Source: Vicugna vicugna (taxonomy: Eukaryota). Taken from it: a stretch of 60,000 bases of DNA. Positions within the stretch are counted from its first letter, which is position 1, and every line of letters starts with the position of its first letter. The translations under genes and the position numbers were made by a program. Location of the stretch: the NCBI GenBank assembly GCA_013265495.1, contig MU058059.1:3945502-4005501 (forward strand). The letters are read 5' to 3'. Positions 1 through 11,800 of the stretch are shown piece after piece. The notes below the pieces were generated by a model. It saw only the letters and a program-made list of their open reading frames with translations. It searched no databases and was not told the origin of the DNA.

Positions 1-147
1 ATCTCTGTGAGCATCAGTTTGAGTAATAGGCCACGGTAGCGGCAGTGCTTTTCTCCAGCTGTGTTCACTTGCTCAGAGCCGTTCCAGAGTCAGCGGAGAG
101 TTGGGGGTTTTCCAGACAAGGAGAAAGGAGGGACAGGGGCCAAGGAG

Positions 148-1084
148 TGTTATCACGTCCAAACTCGTTCTGCTCACCTCATGACAGGCCAGTAAATCAG
201 GAGATGAGGTGCTGGGGCAGGAATAACGCTTTTATTCAGAAAGCCAGCAGACTGAGAGGATGGCAGACTGATGTCCTTGAAAACCATCTTACCAAGTCAG
301 AATTTAGGCTCCTCTTAGACTAAAAGGGGGAGGGGGGTGTGGTTAATTGTTGGAGGTCTTTTGGTGTCGGAATCCTTTGTTCTTTTTTTTTAATTGAAGT
401 ACAGTTACAATGTGTCAATTTCTAGTGTACAGCACAATGTTTCAGTCATTCATATATATACATATATTCATTTTCATGTTTTTTATTGAAGGTTATTACA
501 AGATATTGAATATAGTTTCCTGTGCCCTACAGAAGAAGTTTGTGTTTTTTAGTGTATTTTTATATATCTCAAACTCCCAAATTTATCCTTTCCCACCCCC
601 TTTCCCAGGTAACCATAAGATTGTTTACTATGTCTGCCAGTCTGCGTCTGCCAGTCTGTTTCTGTTTTGTAGATGAGTTCATTAATGTCCTTTTTCTTTT
701 TTTAGGTTCCGCATATGAGTGATACCATGTGGTATTTTTCTTTTCTCTTTCTGGCTCACTTCACTTAGAATGATTTCTAGGTCCATCCATGTTGCTGCAA
801 ATGGCATGATTTTATTCTTTTTTATGGCTGAGTAGTGGAATCCTTCGTTCTTGCAGCTGTCCTCGTAGGTCAGGTCATGGTGTCCGTGTAAACCTCCAAC
901 AAGACAAATGTTATTCTCTGTTCTGCAACTGTTACACCCTAAAACGTCAGAGACTTGAGAAGGGGCTCTCCTATACACTTAAGGCTACAAAGTGCAGAGC
1001 CCGCGTGACTCAGCCCAGAAAACAGCACAGCCAGAGCCAAAGGATCAGAGGTATTATGGAGTCAGGTTTGTTCTTCCTCCTACA
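148..1084 (-). mobile_element. Solo ERV1-type LTR interrupted by an L1 3' fragment
   Basis: Starts TGT (148), ends TACA (1084), 4-bp TSD GGAG (144-147 / 1085-1088). Orientation inferred from TTTATT near the left end. Confidence 0.7.
385..836 (-). mobile_element. 5'-truncated L1 (ORF2 end + 3' UTR) inserted in the LTR
   Basis: Poly-T start; minus strand encodes [46 protein letters not shown] at 369-384 / 837-852. Confidence 0.85.
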
Positions 1085-1599
1085 GGAGGCTGAGGGTGTG
1101 TGCAAAAGAGTAGCTAGAATGACGGAACACGGAAGGTACGCTGAGAAGGAGGGCCGTGAACAGGAGCAGAGGGTCAGGGAAAGGTGGGAGTTCCGCAGAG
1201 GGTGAAGAACGATCCCGCGGGAAGGGGCGCCAGGCGGACAGCAGCGGGTAAGGCAGCTGCTTGAAACTGACGCGTGGGGCACGGCTACTAGGACTTAGTA
1301 ACTAGGGATAGTAAGGGGGAGGGTGTGACCCCGGGACGGGTGGCCCAGCTGGCCGGGCTGGGGAGGGGTCTGCGAAGGCACTGCAGGAACCGCCGTGTGG
1401 ATGCTGAGACCGTGAGTCGAGCAACTGTGCTAACTGGCCGTTATTTCTGCCGGACCTTTGCAGGCGAGCCCAACCCCCTGCACTTCCCTCAGAGCGCTCA
1501 CCACTTTGTATCGGTCAGCGATTATCTGACAGTGACCCGGACGGACAGCAGTGTTTGTTCACTGACTGACTGACTGACGGCGCTCAGATGCAAGAACAA

Positions 1600-2800
1600 A
1601 TGAACCCGCGCTGTTCCGGCCACGGATCACAGCGCTGACAGGGAGGCGGGAAAGCGAGGCTCCACCTGGGCGGGGCTTTCGGTCCTTCGGACTCCCGGCC
1701 GATTTGCTGCTGGTTAGAACAGTGCCAGACACTCAATAAATATTAAACAAATCTGTGCTCAATGAACGCACCACCTCCAGTACCCACTGCGCCTGCGCCA
1801 GGAGCCGCGCGTGCGGCGAGCCTGGCGCTCTGCGCCTGCGCAGTCTCTGCCCACGCGGCGCCCGCGAGCGCCCGGTCCCGCTTCGCCACACAAGGTTTGA
1901 GCCCTGCGAGCCCCGGTGGCTCGGCGGCGGCGCCGTCCCGGCCTCCTCGTCGGCGTGCCCCCGCTCACTCGCGGGCTCTCGGCTTTCACGTCAGGGGCGC
2001 GCCGCGGAGATGGCGGCTCAGAAGATAAACGAGGGGCTCGAGCACCTCGCCAAAGCCGAGAAATAGTGAGTGAGAGGCCCAGCGAGGGCGTAGGCGGGCG
2101 CCGGGGCCGGGCCTGACTCAGCACCGGGTGGGGGCGCGGGGGCGGGGCGGGGCCGGGAGGACGGGGCCGCCGCGCCCCGGAAGCGCTGCCGTTGTCCGCC
2201 GGAAGTCTTAGCGCCTCGGGCCTCGGGGGGCGTCGCGGCTTCCACGGGCCGGGGTCTCCAAGGCCGCTCTCGGGCCGCAGGTGCGTGGTGGGGGGGCGGG
2301 CGGCGTCCGGGGCCAGGAGCCCCTCTCCTTCCCGTCTCCCTGTGGGAGCCGGAGCTGCCCGGGATGGGGGCGCGGGGCTGCAGGTTCGCCCTGAGGGCCC
2401 TCAGCCGTGGGCACCCGGCTTGTCCTGCTGCTCCGGCCCTTCCACGCCCGGCCCCCCCGGTTCACGGCTTCCTCCGACTCGCTCGCCAGCCGCAGGTGCT
2501 GGGAAGGCCGCCTGGCGCTGCGTTAGTTAGGTGGTGCCGCACCTGCGGTCGGCAGAGGCTCTGGTTTTCGCGGGAGGCAGCGGGGCCGCGTTTCCGTGTT
2601 TGCGCCTCGGGACCGCAGGGCACAGGGAGGTAAGGACGGTAATACAGCTGTGTTTAGCCTGGGGAAAATGTAGGAAGATTTCCCACAGGGGATTTCTGAG
2701 CAGGGCTGGGAAGTAAGGAATGTTGAGACGGAGGCGGAGTCTGCGCTCGGGATGAAGTGTGTGCGGGGCCCAGGGACCGCACTGTGGTTGCGGAGCTGAG
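1600..2800 (+). promoter_or_regulatory. NAPG: NAPG CpG-island promoter
   Basis: Very high GC/CpG around exon 1; NRF1 motif TGCGCCTGCGCA 1831-1842, GC boxes, TCACGTCA 1986-1993, ETS CCGGAAG at 2177 and 2199. Confidence 0.85.
2010..2065 (+). CDS. NAPG: NAPG exon 1 (coding part, 56 nt)
   Basis: ATG at 2010 (gagATGG); encodes [18 protein letters not shown]+TA; donor GTGAGT at 2066. Confidence 0.96.
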
Positions 2801-5800
2801 GGCTGCGTGCGAGCGGAGAAGAGTGGGGCGGACCTTAGGTTTTCTAGAGGTGAGTAGCCAGTGGGACGTGGCCGGGGTTAATTTTGGCAGGAGAAAGGTG
2901 GCAGCATGGAGAATGGACTGGGGGGAGAGGAGAGTCGTAAGTTGGGCATAGTCCGTAAGCATTCATTTAGCAAGTGGTCGCTGTGCGTACTAGCCACTGG
3001 GGATACAGGAGTAACCAAAGTGGTTCCTTCCTCAAGAGCTTAGCGTTCAGAGGAGGGCGGACAGGTAAACGGACGAGCGAAAATACAGTAGGAAATACTG
3101 TAATAGATGTCTACAGTGGTTTCACAGGAGATAGAATGTAAGGAAAAGGTAGTATCACCAGGGCGGAGGGGGTGGAGGAGGGGGCACAGCCAGAAGGCGA
3201 CTTTCCCTTGACTGCTTAGGAGGCTGGCGTGATGGGAGCCCGGAGGAGAGTAACGATGGAAGGGCCGGCCCGAGCGACTGGTTGGAATCGACAAACTTCA
3301 GTGACTTGACTGGGTGTGGAGGGAAGGGGCAACTCCCAGGTTTCTAACTTGGGAGATGGAGTGGAGGATAGAGGAACTGGGCAGGTGGGTAGGACTGGGG
3401 CAGGGAGATGTTGGATTCGGGCTTGAATGTGATACTTCAAGTACTTCGAGACAAGAGTTGTCAGTAGCTGGCAGGAAGAATAGGCCAGGGGTTTGAGAGA
3501 AGCCTTGGTTTTTCTAAGGATAAGGTTCAGTATTGCCAAGTAGTCTTGTGGTTGTAATTGATCCCTTCACGCAGGTTGGTCCTGTGGAAATTGATTAATC
3601 AAACTGTTGGCCTCAGCAGAATTTCCTTATTGAGTCTTGATGAAAACAGTCGAAAGCATTAACAGGTAGAGCCCATTAAATCTTAATTAACCAGGTGTCT
3701 TCTCTCTCCCTAACTAAAGGTGCTTGGCTGACTAGGGGTGATTTGCTGTATTTAAAACTTCTAGCTCTTTCCACATGTAGTACATAATGCAAGCAGATGA
3801 TTGTATCTTGGTTTTGGTGGGATGTAAAAATATTTTAAGATACAGAATATAACGAGTGCTTTGGGGTAGGGGTGGAGGATTAGAATTTTGCTGTTTACGA
3901 CACTTGCTCCATTTTGTGGATTAGAGTAGACAGGCTGCAATTGAAAGATTTTAGTTTTCTGAGCAATGATGTTCTTAGTAAGCTTGAAAATTGTTTACAA
4001 ATCTGAATTTTAAAACAGTATTACACAAACGTTAAAATAAATTTAATTGGTGAAAAAGTTCAAAGGAACAAAATGAAATGTACTTCTGCGGACTCTTGGA
4101 GCCTCCCCATCTGACTGTTATGGTGCTCCCCTGATTCCTTTGAAGCTAACAGTCATTTGTCAGCAGGCTGTCTCTAACTGGATTGAAATTTAGAGTTTAA
4201 GGTGTTGTTGACTTACCAATTCTTATGCACACTCAGATTTGACAGTCACTGGGTTAAACTGTAAGTCTGAAGTTATTTTAAAATTTAAAAAAGTATTGCA
4301 GAAAGGTCAAGTAAGAGAAGAAGTCAGGGTTGATTGTCCTTTGGTGTGGCATCTGAGATGCCAAGTGACCCTGGAGGGCAGCTTCTGTCTCTAACTTCCT
4401 TGCCTTTCCGGTTGTCCTTCCTGATCACTGGTGGCTAGTTGCAGCCTTATTGCTGACCCCCTCTGTCCCTCTGAATGTCTGCTTTCTGTAGTCTTTCAGG
4501 GCTTGTTACAGTCCAGATTGCTGCTGCCACCCCAGAGTTTCTGGTTCAGTAGGGCTGGGATGGGGCTCAACAATTTCTACATTCCGGCACATTTGCAGGA
4601 AATGTGTGCTGCTGCTAGGCTGGGGACCATGCAGGAGAATGCCCATTCTGTGTGGATGCTACTCTGACATTTCAAAAGGGAGTCACCACGTTCATGACGG
4701 TGGGAGGTAACGTGGTGAGGCTATGTGTGATTATCAGTGAGTTTGGACGGAGGTGGGGAGTTTGTACCTGATGGCCCCCTCCCCCCTTTTTAATGACTTG
4801 TGGGGTCCTTATAAGCAGGGTTCTGACTTATAAATGTGGTTGGTAACTCCTGTTAAATGTTTTCCTTTCATTTTAGCCTGAAAACTGGTTTTCTGAAATG
4901 GAAGCCGGATTATGACAGTGCTGCTTCTGAATATGGAAAAGCAGGTGCGTATGACTGTGGCCCGTCCCGCAGATGTCTTGAGCTGGGCTGATAACGTCAT
5001 CTCGGCGTAATTCTTAGTCTTAATGCTTCCCATAGCAGCGTTTTAATCGTTAAAAAAACCAAAACAAAACCCAAACTGCCCAAACCCTTGCGTTTTTCCA
5101 TGTGTTGTTTTATGATGTGTTACGTTGTCACCTCTCCGAGGACAGCAGAGACCGGTAGGCTTGGCGGGCACCGCTGTCGGCTTTTAACGTTGTTTATGTG
5201 TTCCTGAACTTCGCTCAGTTCATACGACTTTAGGGAGTTTTGTCGTATTTTTCTACTACCTATTATTGAATAAAGATTTTCTCAACGTGTTACAATATGC
5301 AGGCTGTGTCCTCAACCGGTCACCTGCAGTGCGTGGCTCTGCTCCTGACGACCTTCCCTTCCAGATGTGCTGATAAATGTTCATGAAGCGTTAAGCTATA
5401 TGCCTGCTTTAATAAATGTATCTGCATGCAAGATAAAAATGATTTGAAATTTCCAACAGGAAGGGGATTCATTAAAAATTCAGCATTTTTAGTTATGGAA
5501 TGATAGCTTTCAGAACCTATCCGTGATTATCTTGGATATAAAGCATAATGCAATTTTGAAGTGCGCTGGACACACGTTACTGTGTGTTTCAGCGGTAGCC
5601 CCGAGCACATCTGTTAGCCTTGCATAGAGATCACCTGGGAAATGTGCTTTTGGCAAACTAGTTTTAGTATATCACCACAAAAAAAGAAATCGGGTAAACT
5701 GAAACTAATCGTAATATAGGATGAATTTTCCAGGTAGTAAAAGAAATGATAGCAAATTAATCTTTAGCTCTTTTATTTAAATCCTAGGTAAATTCTCTCT

Positions 5801-8800
5801 GTTGCATCATGCAAGTTACTATATCGTATTTAGAAGGAATATCATTACAAGTTCAAATTTTATGTGGATTTTATGGACACCCTTGTATAAGAACACTTTT
5901 AATTGGAGAGCATAACATTGTGCAGGTCTCCACGAGAGAAATTTAACACAGAACTGTTTTATGCATCTGAAACTGTGAGCTGTTTTCAGAAATAAATATT
6001 TCAGGTCAAATTTTCCCATTAAAGCATGATTCATTTAGTTTCTTTAAAGGGTTATACAAGGTAACATTTCATCAGTAGAATTAAATTTTTTCAAAAAGCA
6101 AAATGTGGAAATTCAGGAATGAAAATAGTTTCTGTTGTTTGTTTATTTTCAACATTTTATTAAAGAGAATTTTTTTAACATTTTTTATTGATTTATAATC
6201 ATTTTACAATGTTGTATCAAATTCCAGTGTACAGCACAACTTTTCAGTTATACATGAACATATATATATTCATTGTCACATTTTTTTCTCTGTGAGCTAC
6301 CACAAGATCTTGTCCATATTTCCCTGTGCTATACAGTGTAATCTTGTTTATCTATTCTACAATTTTGAACTCCCAGTCTATCTCTTCCCACCCTCCGCCC
6401 CCTTGGCAACCACAAGTTTGTATTCTATGTCTGTGAGTCTGTTTCTGTTTTGTATTTATGCTTTGTTTTTTTTTAGATTCCATGTATGAGTCATCTCATA
6501 TGATATTTTTCTTTCTCTTTCTGGCTTACTTCACTTAGAATGACATTCTCCAGCAACATCCATGTTGCTACAAATGGCATTATGTTGTCGGTTTTTATGA
6601 CTGAGTAGTATTCCATTGTATAAATATACCACATCTTCTTTATCCAGTCATCTGTTGATGGACATTTAGGCTGTTAAGAATTTTAAGAGTATCTTTTTAA
6701 CAAAAATTTTTTTAGGCAGTAACCTTTTTATTTATTTGTAAGCAACATTTTATAAGTCTATAAGATCATATTTTAAGGGCACTCCAAATTGTTTTTGCTC
6801 TTCTGATGACACTTCTACAACAGCGAGCAATATATTTTTGCTCTTTGAGCAGTGAGAGGTCTTTTTCACAGAAACCTAAATAGTGTAAAAGCTTTATTTA
6901 TTAAAAAAAACCCACTTAATTATTTAGACATTTATTTAAAGATTGTGCCAAAAGGAAGATTTGTGATAAAAATATTAAGTGTGTTTATTGGTCTTTAGTT
7001 TCAGAATAGTTTAAAAGGTAGAATAAGCTGTAACTAAAGCACTGTTTGCATTATTAAACGTGAAACTGGTGCAGTCAGGTACTGGTCTGTGACAGCCTGT
7101 TACTTGGGTGTAGAGGCTTGGCTGATGGGATCTTAGTGTCTCAAAGCTTAGATGCCCGTGTTAGGCTTGATTTTGAGTGGAAGTAGCACTGATTTATTGC
7201 CCGTAGTCTGTAATGTAAAAACTTCTGAAAATACTTTCAAATTGTTGATAATCAAAAAAGTTGTAAGAAAATGGCTTATAAAAAAGTAGTATTTATAGTT
7301 TTATGAAACTTCCTAAGTTTTTGATTAAAGTAAGCATCACATGTATTTTCTGATATTTCATGCACCATGCAGATTTTGGTAATGATTCATTTGCCATTTT
7401 TTTAATGGTGGAAATAAAGTCTTTTATTTTCCTTTATTTCAGCTGTTGCTTTTAAAAATGCCAAACAGTTTGAGCAAGCAAAAGATGCCTGCCTGAGAGA
7501 AGCTGCTGCCCACGAGAATAACAGGGCGTATCTTTTTCAGCCTTTATAAACTTTATAAATTGCCATAAATTTGCTGCATGTGGAGTACAGTGCTATTAAA
7601 TTAGAAGCCAGTTAGAAAAAGGCTGCATTTTTAAAGTCTGAAGGTGCATTCATAGAGACTTGCTCATAAGGGCCACACTTCTATGCAGAGCTACGTTTGA
7701 GAGTTTGTGGATTTGCTTGGTGGTGGTTTTACTTGGGATGAAGTGAGGGAAATACAGGACAGGGGCTGAGAAATGAGAAGTGCACGGTGGGGAATGTACA
7801 AACGGTGATGGAAAAATCTTTAAAATTGTCTTTGTTAGGTATTTGAAATAAAATTTTTAAGTAGTTCAAAACAGATTTTCCTAAAGTATTTTAAATCTTA
7901 ACTAAAAAAAGTTTATTTTATCTCACTTGCAAATTACAGTTATTAAAACTTTGCATTTTAGTAAAACTTCAGATTAACGTATAGTGGAAATAGCTTAAAA
8001 ATCTACATAGTGTTTTGTCACTGTCTTTGTGAATTACGTGGTATTTAAGAGACCTGAACAGGCATTGAATGATGTCTTCTGTACCTGATGGGAGGGCTTG
8101 TCTTTTCAAATGAACTGGGGCAATGATTTGGTGAATGCTGTTTTTTAAATAGTAGACGTTTAGAAACTGATTTGCTTTTTTTCCTTAATTTTGACTTTGT
8201 TGCATCCATTCAGTCTTTTTCATGCTGCCAAGTAAGTAAATGTTCTCCACGTGTTCATGTATTTGTAGATGATTGATTTAAATGTTGCTCTTCTCCTATA
8301 GGTCAGTAAATTTTTCCTAAGTTATAAATTCATAAATAGCGAATTAATTTGTATTGACTAAAATAGTCATTTCCATTTGTTTCAGTCTTCACCCGAATCT
8401 TTAAAATAAAGTCACTCCTAACTAAGAAATTCAGTGTTTAAGTTAAATTCAGCATCGTGTTTTCAGGACTGTTTTGTTCAGTAACCTGTGGAAAACCGAG
8501 TTTTACAGTCTCTTTTTCTCCCTCCTTGGAGAGAAGCAGGAAGCTTTCTCCTGCTTTTGTGGAGAAAAACACTCGTTTCAAAACTTAGATTTAGGTTTGT
8601 CAGGTAGGAAGTCACTTGACCTTTCTGGGTGTTACTTAATTTTGTATTTGCAAAATGAAATCCCTTTAACTTAGATGTCTGCCGTTCCCAAGGCAATGTT
8701 GCCCGCGGAAATAAAATGAAGAAAAATTATGTCGTGCGGTATTGAGAGACTAAAGTAAATACATGCTGCCTGCGCCAGTTTCACCTCGTGTAACTGCTCG

Positions 8801-11800
8801 TACCTGCGGTAACTTTCCTCCTCCTCATTTCGTCAGAATCTCATCCGAGAAATTACCTTCTCTCTGCAGAGCCTACGAGCAGGCCGGCATGATGCTGAAG
8901 GTCAGTGACGGGTCACAGCCCTTACGTGAGTACGTGGTGAGCCACGAGGTGCGGGAGTGAACTTGTGCCGAGCCTGGGAAGTGCCCCTGCCGTGAGGCGA
9001 GAGGCGCTGAGGGTCCTCGTCCAGTGGCGCTGACTGGACCCCGGTGGCGCCTTCTGTGCGTCTCAGGCGGGAGCTTTAAAGGTGGAGCTTCGGAGAATAC
9101 CTTGGCGGGAACTGGCAGGCGGGTCGAGCTTTGTGAGCAGGAGAGAGCGCCCCCTGGGGGCTCGCTGCTTTGGCGCCGCTCAGGACGCGGTAGCGGTGGA
9201 CGCGGCCGGTCGTACTGCGCGCGGTCACAGAGTGAGCGTGGGTTATAAGCGGCAGTCGGCTTTGAAGAGACTCTTGACTTAAGCTGTTGCTGTTGAACTC
9301 TGGTTCTCTTTGGCTAGTGCTTCGCAGACGTGCCCAAGCCGCTTTTCGTATTTCTGCTTCGGAAAAGCAGGTTGGGAGTTAGCATCCTGCTGTGGTGAGA
9401 CAGCGTGTTCCTGGCTGACACCGACTCCCCACGTTTGCCGTGGGGCAGCGGGGACGGAGCGTTTTCCTCGCCGTTTTTATGTGCCCTAATACGGTAAAAG
9501 CTGTGTTTACAATGACTTATTATGAAGCTGGGTTTTAAGAACTTAGACTTTCGTAAAACTTCGGTTCGTTTTTAATTACTAATTTATCATCTTAAATTAC
9601 TGATTTTTAAAAAAATAAATACATGCTCATGTAGAACATTTAGAAATGCTGGAAGTATTAAAGACTGTTAGTAATAGCTGTTACCATGTTTAGTTTTTCC
9701 TTCTAGTTATTTTCTGTACACGTACATTCTCCTGTATGTGTGGACACAGAAAACAGGTGATGCTCTGCACACAGCTTTGTCTCTGACTGTTTACATTCAA
9801 CTTCATGCACGTTTTCTAATGCCATTAGAAAAAATACTTTCATAATAATATATAAAGAGCTTTAAGCTTTCATAGTCTTTGAGCCAGGAATTCTAATTCT
9901 GTGATTCTGTCGTAAAGAAATAAATAGTAAAGATTTATGCATAAGGATGTTTATTGCTGTGCTATTTAAGGAAAAAATGGCAATTATCTAAATTTTTAAT
10001 AATAGGAAAATGTAAGTTATGACGCTTTACTGTAATACAGCCATTGTAATAAAGCTTTTCTGGCTGAAACGTATAACTGAATTGATGTTTGATGATGCAA
10101 GCCAGGTTATTGGCAGCAGTTCCTTAGCAGCTAGAATTTTTTTCATAGCCGAGGAAGCCAGGTGTCTGCCCTGACCCTCCTCCGTCTCCCCCGAGGACGC
10201 TGAAGCTCCCGACTGGCTCCTGTGGTCCCGGGCACGTGTGCCTGTTGCTGGGGTGCACTGTCGCAGTCTGCAACTGCCGGAACGCTCTGATACAACGCTT
10301 AACACGGCCTCAGTTTATTTTCCAACATCTGTGCTAAAACTTGTCTTCGTTAGAGATTGTTATTCAGACTTCATTTCCCTTTAATTTGAGGATTTGAAAG
10401 GCACTGCTTTGAAGGAAGGAAAAATAACCTAACAGATAAGGGAAAAGACAGAGGGAAGTGCTGTCCTAGGCTCTCTCGTGTTTCCACCGAGTGCCTTTGG
10501 ACTGGCCTCGGCTGCACGTGGTGTCCTGAGCTCTTGCTCGTCGGGTAGTTCTGTGGGCTGGCGCTCCCCAGCGAGGCTTGGGCAGTGCTGCTTTGTAGAT
10601 GGAGGCCCTGGGAAGACGCGGGCTTGGTGGATAGGCCTCTGGTTCTGACGTTCTGCAGCTGTTAGGATTTGCAGAAGCGTCAAGGTGGCTGAGGCGCACA
10701 AGCCCCTGGGAGCAGGCAGTTCACTTTCTTCTTGATGATTTCGCCACACAGAACACGGCGCAGGGTGGAGAGGAGTGTGACTTTGCAGCGGGCAGCCTGT
10801 CGCTTTGTGGAGGAGAAGCAGCACTGTGGTTGGGTCCCGCTTTTCCCACTCCCTCTTGGTCTGACGTGCAGCCGGGCCAGGAAATTGCTCGTTTCTAAGC
10901 CTGCGGTGCTCACGTCACCCTGCCCTCGGCCTTCGTTCGCCCCTGCGCCGAGTCTGAAGGGTGCTTGTGACCATCCCCCAAATGCTCTGCAGGTTGTAGA
11001 CTCTCAAGTCATGTTTGTGAGAGCAGTGAACGTGAGAATTGGGGGGAAAACACTCCGTAACAGCCAGGGTGCCCCTCTGGACTGAAGTGAAAGAAGTGCC
11101 TGTGTTGGGCGCACCTCCTCCCACCAGGTGCCCTCACCGCGGAGCCGAGGCTCCTGTGCCAGAACGGGCTTTCCCTGACGCCTGGGGATGTGTCACCATT
11201 CCGCGGGGGTTTGATAGCAGCTTTACTTTGTGTAGTAGCTTGAACCCTGTTTTGTTGTTAGTCTCCATGACTAAATACCAAAAAAAGGTATACTCAGAAG
11301 TCAGCAGCAACGAGACCAGCAAGTCTGTCCTAGAGAAATTGTCAGCCTAGTGAAGGACTAAAGAGCAGATCTGACAGCAGCCCAGGGGAGGTCTGCGTGG
11401 AGGCGACTCTGTGGTGCAGCATGTCTGCCTTAAGTAGGTAATGCCTGTAAACTGTACAGCTTTTCAATGGTTTTTTTCCCCACTGTTTTTTTTTTCCCCA
11501 AAGAGTGTACTTCTTTTTATATATGTATACTTTAATTGAATTGTAGTCAGTTTACAATCTTGTGACAGTTTCTGGTGTACAGTGTAATGCTTCAATCATA
11601 CAGGAACATACATATATTCATTTTTGTACTTTCTACCATAAGTTACTGGAAAATGTTGAATACAGCTCCCGGTGCTGTACAGTATGAACATGTTCTTTAT
11701 CTATTTTAATGTGTATTAGTTACTATCTGCAGATCTGACTTCCCGTTTACCCCCTTCCCACCCGCTCCCGCCCCTTACGTCCTGTTTTCTTTTTTTTTTT

